From assembly GCA_030039135.1 (NCBI GenBank), contig JASHQN010000059.1, positions 1 to 33,690 of the forward strand: DNA of 33,690 nt, given 5' to 3'. A model generated the notes under the pieces. It was not told the DNA's origin and did not search any database. It worked only from the letters and a program-made list of their open reading frames with translations. Position 1 is the first letter of the stretch. Every line of letters begins with the position of its first letter. Source of the stretch: Thermoplasmata archaeon (GTDB taxonomy: Archaea > Thermoplasmatota > Thermoplasmata > Lutacidiplasmatales > UBA184). The position numbers and the translations under genes are program-made. Shown in pieces: positions 1-7,552 of this stretch.

Positions 1-1
1 G

Positions 2-124
2 CCCGCGGCGTTCGACGTGGGCGACATGAGCGGGGCTCGGTGGCTCGAGGCACTGGTCCCGCTCTGGGTCCGAGCGGCCCAGGCACTGAACACCTACGAG
101 CACGCGTTCAAGGTGGTACGTTAA
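2..124 (+). CDS. 3' end of an upstream protein-coding gene (partial, product unknown)
   Basis: Open frame entering from the window edge (...FDVGDMSGARWLEALVPLWVRAAQALNTYEHAFKVVR*), with TAA at 122-124. Third codon positions are mostly G/C, as in the confident genes. An inverted repeat follows the stop directly. Confidence 0.35.
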   Translation, partial: PAAFDVGDMSGARWLEALVPLWVRAAQALNTYEHAFKVVR

Positions 125-159
125 TCCGGCGACGCCGTCGGCGGTCGCGCGTCGCCGGA
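125..159. terminator. Inverted repeat directly after a stop codon (possible terminator hairpin)
   Basis: tccggcgac (125-133) is the exact reverse complement of gtcgccgga (151-159), with a 17-nt spacer. It begins 1 nt after the TAA at 122-124. A second 7-bp hairpin lies at 181-198 (acgatcc gacc ggatcgt). Confidence 0.25.
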
Positions 160-329
160 GCCGGTGTCTCGGAAGCCCGAACGATCCGACCGGATCGTCG
201 GCCCTTAGGCGGAGCCGGCGGCGGAGTCCTTGCGGGAGGGCACATCGACTCAGGTACGCCGTCCACCCTCTCCCGACGGGGGCGTCCTGAGTTTCGGCCT
301 CTCCCAACGCCTGGCGACGGACAGAACGA

Positions 330-335
330 TTTATA
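330..335 (+). promoter_or_regulatory. TATA-like box for a (near-)leaderless transcript of the 361 gene
   Basis: tttata sits in otherwise G+C-rich DNA, centred about 28 nt upstream of the ATG at 361. No Shine-Dalgarno-like purine run lies in between. Confidence 0.4.
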
Positions 336-360
336 GTGGGACAGTTGTCGCGCGCGCACC

Positions 361-2985
361 ATGAACGCTCGACGTATAACCCTCGTAGTCGTCGTGGCGA
401 GCCTCGCCGTACTGGGATCCGGCATCGGAGTCATCGGGGTCAGCGCAGCGGGTTCTGCGAGTGGCCATCTGCCGGCGGGCGTCCTGTCGCCCACCGCATC
501 CGGGAAGGGCCTCGCGGCCACGGCAAGCCCGTCGTCGCGGCTTGCCCTCGAGCAGCGAGTCCTCGCGGCGACGAAGGCCCACCACCTCCCCATCGAGGCG
601 GCGTCGCTCCCCAACCTGCTCGGACAAGCGACGGTTTCGGATGGGGTCGTAAGCCCGCTCTACACGGCGTCCCCGGCCGCGATGGGGATCGGGACGTACG
701 GAGTCGACAACACGACGGGCACGCCCACCGCGTTCACGCTCGAGACATCGAGCTGGGAGGGCTCGATCACCCTCAACAGCGTCAACACGTTCCTGCTCAC
801 GAACGACGGCACGCTGTCCTCGAACGGCAGTGAGAACGCCTTTGGCGTCCAGCTGAACGCCGTGATGAGCGGCGTCACCCTCGGAGAGTCGCCGAGCTAC
901 TCGTTCTGGACGCAGAACGTCGTCTACTTCAACTACCCCTTCCCCGGCACGATCACGTTCCTCGACAACATCTGGAACTTCTCCTCGCCGGCCTTCGACC
1001 TATCGGCCGGGACCCTCTATTCCTACGGCGGGACACCGGTCTATCCTGTCTACTATTTCGACTTCGGCCCGACGTACTCGATCACGTTCCCGGTCACGAT
1101 CCACCTCTACCTCAACTCGAGCGTCACCGACCTCACTTCGACGGGAGATGCGTACTCCACCGTCCAGTTCGGCTACTCCCTTGTCGACCCGACCTCCGGC
1201 ACGACCGAAGCGTCGGGGATCTACGACACCGTGCTGTTCAATTCGACGGCCCCGATCGGCGCGGTTCCGCCGTCACCGTACCTCGTCGACGGCTCCCAGG
1301 TCACCCCGACGGGGTACATCCCGTGGGACGCCGAGATCATGATCGGAGGGCCGGGGGGCGGCACGACGACCTCGGTCTACGGCATCAGTGGGTCGGAGAG
1401 TCTCGAGTTCTGGGACGCCAGCGCGGGGGCCTACGTCAACGCGCCGTCCGCGTGGGACGTCGGGTCCGAGACCGGTGAGACGTCCGAGGGGATCTCAGAA
1501 TCGTACACCTCGCCGGGCACGGTAGATCTCAACACCGGGCCCTCGATGGTCCTGCCGTTCTGGAACGCCACGCCGGGCGGGAACCGAGGCCAGGCGACGG
1601 TCCGTGGCTACCTCTCTCCAACTAACGCGTTCGTGTTCTTCAACTTCGGGCGGGCGTTCAGCGCCGGCGACGCGGGCTGGGCACCTACTCAGACCGCGGA
1701 CGCGGTGCAGTACATCGTTCCTCCAGGTACGTACACAGTTCGCACGATGCTGAGCGACTTCGCTCCGAGCCAGTCGACCTTGACCGTGCGGGCCGGGGGC
1801 ATCGCCCGCCTGGACCTCGGTCTGAGGGCGGACCCGGCGACGGGCGTGTATACTCCGCTCGACGCGTGGAACAACGCTCAGCTCGCTGCGATCTCCTCCG
1901 GGGGGTCGGGGAGCGCCGAGAGCCCCTTCGCGATCGTGAACAACCCGGCCCCGGGAGGGCTCAATCCCGTCTTCGGGCAGATGAACGAATACTTCTACCC
2001 CGTGTTTCCGGGAGTCCTTCTCTCGAACACGACGGCGTACGTCGACCTCGATAACCCGTCCGTCTTCCCGGTCACCTACCCGACGGCCTACGACGGGGAA
2101 TTGGAGACCAACGGACTGCCGCTGACGAACCACCTCGCGTTCGAGCTCTTCGACGCATCGAACGTCGCGATCTGGCGCGCCCATGGAATCTCTGGCTGGT
2201 TCTTCTACGAGGACTACGGTCCCACCGGATTCCTCCCGCTCGCCAACGTCGTCATCTGGGGTGGCTCGAGCGACCTGGTCGGCGACAGCACCTTCCTGAG
2301 CCAGGGCAGCTCTCTCCTGCTCGCGGGCTCGAACCCCTCGGCCCCGACCGGCAACGTCGTTTGGGGCAACACGTTCGAGAACAGCACGGACCTCACGCCG
2401 ACCATGTATCCCGGGAGCGGGACGTCGAACGGGCCCCCGATCGCGATCTTCGCCTTCGAGAGCGGCGATCTGATCTACAACAACTACGTCGCGACGTCGA
2501 TCACCGCGTACGCGCCCGACGTCAACATCTTCACCGGAGCCCCCCAGCTCAACCTGGAGTCCTGGAATCTCCCAATGGTGGAGCCCGCGTCGTTCGGCAT
2601 GATCGTCGACGGGCACCTCCTCGCGGGCGCGATCGTTCCGTCGCGCTGGCAGGGTGGCAACTTCTGGGCCGACTACGTTCCCGGGAGCGGGCTCCCGTAC
2701 GACGAGTATGGATTGATCGCGAGCGGCGGCGACTACTTCCCCTACCCGATCGTCGCCTACGCCGTCGTGTTCACCCTGCACGGGGGCGGGTTCGGCGTGA
2801 CCTGGGCTGTGACGGTCAACGGCGTCACCCAAACGACCTCGTCCCGCACGCTCGACTTCTACGAGACGCCCGGAACGTACTCGTTCTCGGCGACGCTGAT
2901 ACGCGGAACCGGAACGATCTCTCCGGCGACGGGAACCTTCACCGTCTCGGATCGGAGCCTCACGATCGAGCTGAGCCATCACTGA
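361..2985 (+). CDS. Large secreted thermopsin-like (peptidase A5 family) protein with a beta-helix-like and Ig-like C-terminal extension
   Basis: N-terminal hydrophobic signal/anchor (RRITLVVVVASLAVLGSGIGVIGVSAAG). Residues about 100-330 carry motifs I associate with thermopsin family proteins (GIGTYGV, FGVQLNAV, FWTQNVVYF, LDNIWNFSS). Later repeats look like parallel beta-helix (GNVVWGNTFENS, LIYNNYVATS). At least 8 N-x-S/T sequons. The family call is from memory, not from a search. Confidence 0.55.
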   Translation: MNARRITLVVVVASLAVLGSGIGVIGVSAAGSASGHLPAGVLSPTASGKGLAATASPSSRLALEQRVLAATKAHHLPIEAASLPNLLGQATVSDGVVSPLYTASPAAMGIGTYGVDNTTGTPTAFTLETSSWEGSITLNSVNTFLLTNDGTLSSNGSENAFGVQLNAVMSGVTLGESPSYSFWTQNVVYFNYPFPGTITFLDNIWNFSSPAFDLSAGTLYSYGGTPVYPVYYFDFGPTYSITFPVTIHLYLNSSVTDLTSTGDAYSTVQFGYSLVDPTSGTTEASGIYDTVLFNSTAPIGAVPPSPYLVDGSQVTPTGYIPWDAEIMIGGPGGGTTTSVYGISGSESLEFWDASAGAYVNAPSAWDVGSETGETSEGISESYTSPGTVDLNTGPSMVLPFWNATPGGNRGQATVRGYLSPTNAFVFFNFGRAFSAGDAGWAPTQTADAVQYIVPPGTYTVRTMLSDFAPSQSTLTVRAGGIARLDLGLRADPATGVYTPLDAWNNAQLAAISSGGSGSAESPFAIVNNPAPGGLNPVFGQMNEYFYPVFPGVLLSNTTAYVDLDNPSVFPVTYPTAYDGELETNGLPLTNHLAFELFDASNVAIWRAHGISGWFFYEDYGPTGFLPLANVVIWGGSSDLVGDSTFLSQGSSLLLAGSNPSAPTGNVVWGNTFENSTDLTPTMYPGSGTSNGPPIAIFAFESGDLIYNNYVATSITAYAPDVNIFTGAPQLNLESWNLPMVEPASFGMIVDGHLLAGAIVPSRWQGGNFWADYVPGSGLPYDEYGLIASGGDYFPYPIVAYAVVFTLHGGGFGVTWAVTVNGVTQTTSSRTLDFYETPGTYSFSATLIRGTGTISPATGTFTVSDRSLTIELSHH

Positions 2986-3038
2986 GGTGCGCCGGACCGC
3001 GGCGTCGCTCCCGCCGGCGCTCTACCGGGCATCGGCCG

Positions 3039-4115
3039 TCAGCGATCGCCCGGGGCACCGCGTTCCGGGGCGGCTACGACGCCGGGGCGTCCGCGCGCCC
3101 TCCCACGGGCCCCACGACCGACCGAGACCCGGGTCCCGGCGCGTCCTTCGAGCGCAGCCGGCAGCGAGGCGATGTCGGTGATCACGAGCGAACGACCCCC
3201 CGATCGGAGGAACTCGAGGCCGGCCTCGACTTTCGGGCCCATGCTCCCCTCGGCGAACTCCCCCTGGCCCCAATACCGCTCGAGATCCTGCGCCCGGACC
3301 GCTCCGAGCCAGCGGGGGTGACCGGAAGCAAAATCCAGCGCCGCCCCCGGGACGTCCGTGACGATCGCGAGCGTATCGACGTCGAGCGCACGGCCGACGA
3401 GCGCCGCGGCGCGATCCTTGTCGATCACCGCATCCACCCCTTCCCATCGAGCTCGGCGCCGCACGACCGGGATCCCTCCGCCCCCGCAGACCACGAAGAC
3501 GCATCGATCGCCGAGGCCCACGTCGATCATCGCGCGGACGAGCTCAGCCTCGAGCCAGCGCAGCGGCCTCGGCGACGGCACGACGCGGCGCCAGCCGCCA
3601 CGTTCGCGGTCCTCGCGGAGTGTCCATCCGCGAGTACGGCGAAGACGGCGCGCTTCGGCGGCCGAGTAGAACTGGCCGACCGGTTTCGTGGGATGGCGAA
3701 ATGCCGGATCGCGCCCCGACACCTCCGTGCGACTCACGATCGGAAGGACGGAGTGGCGAAGGCCGGCCCGTCGGAGCGCGGTGACGAGCTCCTGGGCGAT
3801 GAGGTAGCCGATCTGCCCCTGCGACTCCGCATCGATCACGTGCATCGGCGGAGCCGGCACCTCGGGGGCGCCGAGCTCGGCCTCGCGCAGAAGATTGCCG
3901 ACCTGGGGTCCGTTCCCGTGGGTGATCACGAGCTCGCGCCCGGTACGGACCACGTAGGCGAGGGCCTTCGAGGTACGCCGCACCTGGCGTACGGCCTCGG
4001 CCCAGGTGCCGTGGTCGTGCGCCAACTGAATGGCGTTGCCTCCGAGCGCAACAAGGACACGTTCCGCTCGAGACGGCAAGGTACGATGGGCACGGGGTAG
4101 GAGTGCGGGCGTCAT
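3039..4115 (-). CDS. arcC: Carbamate kinase
   Basis: Motifs VLVALGGNAI, ITHGNGPQVGNLL, VVPSPRP, VCGGGGIPV, AVIDKDRAA and GSMGPKVEA. I chose the ATG at 4115, preceded by ggaagga. The ORF-track GTG at 4262 adds 49 low-complexity residues. There is an R/G-rich tail of about 30 aa after the usual family end (GTRV). Confidence 0.9.
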   Translation of the reverse strand: MTPALLPRAHRTLPSRAERVLVALGGNAIQLAHDHGTWAEAVRQVRRTSKALAYVVRTGRELVITHGNGPQVGNLLREAELGAPEVPAPPMHVIDAESQGQIGYLIAQELVTALRRAGLRHSVLPIVSRTEVSGRDPAFRHPTKPVGQFYSAAEARRLRRTRGWTLREDRERGGWRRVVPSPRPLRWLEAELVRAMIDVGLGDRCVFVVCGGGGIPVVRRRARWEGVDAVIDKDRAAALVGRALDVDTLAIVTDVPGAALDFASGHPRWLGAVRAQDLERYWGQGEFAEGSMGPKVEAGLEFLRSGGRSLVITDIASLPAALEGRAGTRVSVGRGARGRARGRPGVVAAPERGAPGDR

Positions 4116-4357
4116 CGCGTCCTTCCCTGCGGCACCGCGGTCACGATCTCCTCGCCGGCCCGGGCCGGCGGGCTCCGTCGATTCTCCGGAGGCAGCCGTG
4201 GGACCCGGTCCTCGCGTCCGCGCCGCGTCGCCTCGCTTCGGGTCCAGGAGCTCTTCCGCCACGAGGGATCGGAGCGCTGGTCGTTGCGTTGGTCACCCCC
4301 GACCCCCCCTCCTCGCCCCTCTCCTCGCGGTACAAGTGCGGCTCGATAAGCCGTCTG

Positions 4358-4375
4358 GGACCGGCGCGCCGGTCC
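4358..4375. terminator. Perfect 18-bp palindrome downstream of the 4398-4781 gene (hairpin or protein-binding site)
   Basis: ggaccggcgcgccggtcc is its own reverse complement. It lies 22 nt downstream (minus-strand sense) of the TAG at 4398-4400. Confidence 0.3.
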
Positions 4376-4397
4376 GCTCGGCGCGCTCCCACCCTTT

Positions 4398-4781
4398 CTA
4401 GGACAGCTCGGCGATCGCCTCGTGGCCGGAAGAGGGCGGGCTGAGCAGGCTCCGCACCATTCCGAGGAGGCGGCTAGGAACGAGCGGCAGCGGGACCTGA
4501 TGCACCCCGTTCGCGCGCGACAGAATCGGGTCTCGCGAACCGACCACCACCAGCTCGACATCGGGAAACTCACCCCGAAGCCAGCGACGGGCGGTAGCGC
4601 AGAAGGTCGCGTTGCACGCGACGACCACGACGGGGTAGCGTCCGTGCAGGGACGGTAGCGACGAGTCCGCGCTCACGTCATGGACGTACTGCGTCGGCAC
4701 GTTCTCCGCTTCCAGTAGGTCGGCGATCGCCCGCCCGAGGCTCGGCGTCTCCCCGACCACGAGAACTCCCTCGACCGACAT
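4398..4781 (-). CDS. Stand-alone degenerate (pseudo-)receiver domain protein
   Basis: 127 aa with a CheY-like alternation of beta strands and helices (VLVVGE..., PVVVVACN..., ELVVVGS..., HQVPLPL). The canonical DD, phospho-acceptor Asp and Lys positions read GE, A/C and L. Confidence 0.6.
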   Translation of the reverse strand: MSVEGVLVVGETPSLGRAIADLLEAENVPTQYVHDVSADSSLPSLHGRYPVVVVACNATFCATARRWLRGEFPDVELVVVGSRDPILSRANGVHQVPLPLVPSRLLGMVRSLLSPPSSGHEAIAELS

Positions 4782-4806
4782 GCAATCTGTCCAGCCGGCG
4801 TACGGT

Positions 4807-4812
4807 CTATAG
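4807..4812. promoter_or_regulatory. Palindromic TATA-like hexamer in a 49-nt divergent intergenic region
   Basis: ctatag is centred about 28 nt from the ATG at 4781 (minus) and about 22 nt from the TTG at 4831 (plus). It is the only A/T-rich element between the two genes. Confidence 0.35.
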
Positions 4813-4830
4813 TCTCCTCGTCATCTAGAG

Positions 4831-6420
4831 TTGACCTTGACGAACAACGAAGCGGAACCCACGAACACCCCGCCGGGCCGCGGCGACCTCGCGGCCGGCG
4901 ACGTTTCTCGTCGGAGGGGAGAAGAGGCGTCGGCCCGCGTCGAGCCCGACGTGCCACCGGCCGCCGCGTCCGAGGGCGTGGACCGCTCAACCGCATCCGT
5001 TGCGTTGGAGACCCTCCCTATCGGACTCGCGGTGATCGTCGCGCCCGGAACGATCTCCTGGGCGAATACGTCGTACTTCCAGATCACCGGCCGTCGGCCG
5101 GAGACGGTCGGGATGGATTTCCACCAGATCGTCGAAGAGGACGGCACGTGGGCCGCGCCCATTCGGTCGGCCGTCGACGCCGCGCTCGCCTCGGAGACCG
5201 CCTCGACGTTCCGTTCTGTCCGGGCGCGGTACCGTCATCAGCCGGGAGGCGTCTACCTCGACGTGGACGTCCGGCCGCTCCCGGCGTGGCCGGGCGAGCC
5301 GACCCGGGCGCTGCTGATCATCCGCGACGTATCTGACCGCGTCGAGGAACATCGCCGAGCGCTCCTCTTCTACGAGTCGTTCCGGTCCTCGACGAATCCG
5401 ATGCAGCTCACCGACGCCCAGGGAATCATGATCGACGTGAACCCGGCGTACGAACGGGTCTACGGCTATTCCCGAGCCGAGTGCATCGGCCACCGACCCA
5501 GCCTCGTGCGCAGCCGGCACACGCCCGCGGAGGTGTACGAGCGGATGTGGAAGGACCTCACAGACCCCCAACGGGGCTACTGGTCCGGCGAGGTCTTGAA
5601 CCGCGACCGGCAGGGCCGCGAACGACCGGTCCTGCTCACGATCACGGCCATCCGGACTCCGGCGGGCGAAGTGACCCACTATCTCGGCGTCGCCGTCGAT
5701 CTGTCGGAACAGCGGAGCTGGGAACTTCGCGCCGCGCACGCGGACAAGCTCGCTTCGGTCGGCCAGCTGGCCGCGGGCGTCGCGCACGAGATCAACACCC
5801 CGCTCGCCAACGTGATGCTCGTCGCGGAGAGCCTCCGCCGTCGCAGCCAGGACCCTTGGGTGCTGTCGCGGCTCGATACGATGACCGAGCAAATCGACGT
5901 GGCCGCTCGCATCGTCCGCAGCCTGCTCGACTTCGCGCGACGCGAGACACCGCACGTCACCGAGCTCGATCTCGTGAGCGTGGCCCGCGAATCCGTCGAG
6001 TTCCTGAAGGGTAAGCAGTCCGCGGACGTCGAGGTCGAGGAGGCCTATCCGTCCGGACCTGTGCTGGTCCTCGGCGACCGGGGCCAGCTGATGCAAGTGC
6101 TCACGAACATCCTGAACAACGCCTACGACGCGATGACGGGTAAGGGGGTGATCCGTCTGCGGGTCCGTGCGAAGGACGACCGCGCGGAGATCGAGATCGT
6201 CGACAGCGGGCCGGGCATCTCGCTCGAGTCCCTTCCGCACATCTTCGAACCGTTCTATACGACGAAGCCCGAGGGGCAGGGGACGGGGCTCGGTCTCGCC
6301 ATCTGCCACGGCATCGTCCAGTCCCATCACGGCTCGATCGTCGCCCGCAACGTACCGGGAGCGGGCGCGGGGTTCCTCATCTCACTCCCGCTCCGGGTTC
6401 GCGCACCCGCACCCGCCTAG
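4831..6420 (+). CDS. Cytoplasmic sensor histidine kinase with two PAS domains
   Basis: H-box AAGVAHEINTPL, N-box LTNILNNAYDAM, G1 DSGPGI, F-box IFEPFYTTK, G2 GTGLGLAICHGIV. Two PAS-like segments precede the H-box. No hydrophobic helices. The start is uncertain: TTG at 4831 from the track, or in-frame GTGs at 4951 and 4978. Confidence 0.9.
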   Translation: MTLTNNEAEPTNTPPGRGDLAAGDVSRRRGEEASARVEPDVPPAAASEGVDRSTASVALETLPIGLAVIVAPGTISWANTSYFQITGRRPETVGMDFHQIVEEDGTWAAPIRSAVDAALASETASTFRSVRARYRHQPGGVYLDVDVRPLPAWPGEPTRALLIIRDVSDRVEEHRRALLFYESFRSSTNPMQLTDAQGIMIDVNPAYERVYGYSRAECIGHRPSLVRSRHTPAEVYERMWKDLTDPQRGYWSGEVLNRDRQGRERPVLLTITAIRTPAGEVTHYLGVAVDLSEQRSWELRAAHADKLASVGQLAAGVAHEINTPLANVMLVAESLRRRSQDPWVLSRLDTMTEQIDVAARIVRSLLDFARRETPHVTELDLVSVARESVEFLKGKQSADVEVEEAYPSGPVLVLGDRGQLMQVLTNILNNAYDAMTGKGVIRLRVRAKDDRAEIEIVDSGPGISLESLPHIFEPFYTTKPEGQGTGLGLAICHGIVQSHHGSIVARNVPGAGAGFLISLPLRVRAPAPA

Positions 6421-6622
6421 CGACCCCCCCCGACGAATCGCCCCCGACCGGTCGCCGGGGGGTCAACTGGAGTTGATTAAGGGTCGATATACCGGGTCTT
6501 CGAGTGGAGCCGACAGGTGAGCCGATGCCGAACGATGCGAGCCCCGGACCCGAGAACACCGACCGCCGAATGACCTCCCACTCGCCCGGCCCGGAGGGCT
6601 AGACCGCCAGAGGAGACCGACG

Positions 6623-7432
6623 ATGGCGTTCACAACGTTCATCGACGACCTCGCGCTCGTCGAGGTCCTTCTCCTGCTCGCCGCGGCCGTGTTCGCGTAC
6701 AGCGGCGTGATGATCTGGTGGGCGATCCGGACGAACCAGCCCGGAAGCGTGAAGAAGATCCTTCACGGAGCCGCCGTTCCGATCGGCGCGGTCGGCATAG
6801 CCACGACGGCGCTCTCGCTCTGGGGCGAGATGACCTGGCCGTTCCTGGCCTCGGACGGCCTCGCCGGCTACAATATCTTCTTCTTTGACGCGCTGCTCCT
6901 GTTCGGGCTGCTCCTCGTCGCGTACGCGACGGCGGCCTACTTCGGGACCCGCATGCAGTACGTGGGCCTGTTCGCGTTGGTCGCCGGTGGAGTGACCGCG
7001 TTCTACGGGTACACGGGCTACACCGCAAGCCCCGCGTTCACGAAGGACCCCCTGGACACGCTGCTCCTCTACCTCGGCTTCGCGGTCGCGGGGATCCTCG
7101 CGTTCCCGGCGAGCGTGATCATCGACTACTACCTCGACTCGGTCGCGGCGCTGAAGGCACCGTTCCGCACCACGCCGTCCCCGGCGGCCGCCGCTCGGCC
7201 GCGGGGGATGGGCACGCGCGGCGCGCAGCCGGTGAACCCGGCTCGCGAGGCCGCCCCGGCGAACGCTCCGGAGTCGGAGGCAACGCCCGAGGTCTACCAC
7301 GTCCCGGTGTGGGTGCAGACGTTCCTGCTGCTGTTCCCCGTGTTCATGGCCATCGCCGGATTCGCCGCGCTCTGGTACTTCGGCATCACGCTGCCGGGGC
7401 ACCTCGGCTCGGGGCCGGGAGCGGCGCCGTAG
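6623..7432 (+). CDS. Integral membrane protein, about six predicted TM helices, unknown function
   Basis: Five hydrophobic helices in the first 170 aa, then a Pro/Ala-rich linker and a final helix (VWVQTFLLLFPVFMAIAGFAALWYF). gaggag lies 7-8 nt upstream of the ATG. It may belong to an archaeal DUF membrane family, but I cannot confirm that. Confidence 0.7.
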   Translation: MAFTTFIDDLALVEVLLLLAAAVFAYSGVMIWWAIRTNQPGSVKKILHGAAVPIGAVGIATTALSLWGEMTWPFLASDGLAGYNIFFFDALLLFGLLLVAYATAAYFGTRMQYVGLFALVAGGVTAFYGYTGYTASPAFTKDPLDTLLLYLGFAVAGILAFPASVIIDYYLDSVAALKAPFRTTPSPAAAARPRGMGTRGAQPVNPAREAAPANAPESEATPEVYHVPVWVQTFLLLFPVFMAIAGFAALWYFGITLPGHLGSGPGAAP

Positions 7433-7475
7433 CAAAGAACCACCTCACGGATCGGGTCGCGCCAACCCCTTCGAC

Positions 7476-7502
7476 CGTCCGGGGGAGGATCTCCCCCGGA
7501 CG
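7476..7502. terminator. Perfect 12-bp-stem hairpin followed by a short T-rich tract
   Basis: cgtccgggggag-gat-ctcccccggacg, with every position paired when checked base by base. It lies 44 nt after the stop at 7430-7432, is followed by ccctgatttct, and sits 51 nt upstream of the GTG at 7553. Confidence 0.35.
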
Positions 7503-7552
7503 CCCTGATTTCTCACGGCAACGCTAATCCCGCCGTAGCGCTCGGCCGGGCC

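Noticed and set aside
40-833. Several 98-168 aa ORFs on both strands in and around the 125-360 intergenic region.
   Set aside because: They are R/G/P-rich and mutually overlapping. They also overlap the promoter and 5' end of the well-supported 361-2985 gene. No motifs were found.
860-870. C-box-like rugauga strings (gtgatga at about 862; also about 6707 and 27118), considered as C/D-box sRNA candidates.
   Set aside because: All lie inside confident coding frames. None has a matching D box (ctga) and terminal stem at the expected 50-70 nt distance.
1495-2982. 495-aa minus-strand ORF antisense to the thermopsin-like gene. The same artefact class covers 2361-4100(+), 4987-6330(-), 10200-11666(-), 10943-12454(+), 13679-15805(+), 15915-17324(+), 18456-19811(-), 21185-22651(-), 22111-23157(+ upstream part), 26072-27934(+), 26769-28724(-), 28898-29965(-) and 31355-32908(-).
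   Set aside because: Their translations are dominated by Arg/Pro/Gly/Asp low complexity with no motifs. Each fully overlaps a frame carrying clear family signatures and G/C-biased third positions. Long spurious ORFs are expected in G+C-rich DNA because stop codons are rare.
4116-4262. 49-codon N-terminal extension of carbamate kinase from the GTG at 4262 (the track start).
   Set aside because: The extension is low complexity (GDAARTRGPGPTAASGESTEPAGPGRRGDRDRGAAGKDA) and absent from the family. The ATG at 4115 has an SD-like ggaagga and gives the normal N-terminus. It is not fully excluded.
6464-6475. caactggagttg (5-bp inverted arms) and a 25-codon ATG ORF (about 6525-6602) in the 202-nt spacer after the histidine kinase gene.
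   Set aside because: The arms are too short to distinguish from chance. The mini-ORF has no SD-like or TATA-spaced signal and no recognisable peptide features. The partial hairpin cccccgaccggtcgccgggggg at about 6441-6462 contains a bulge and is weak.
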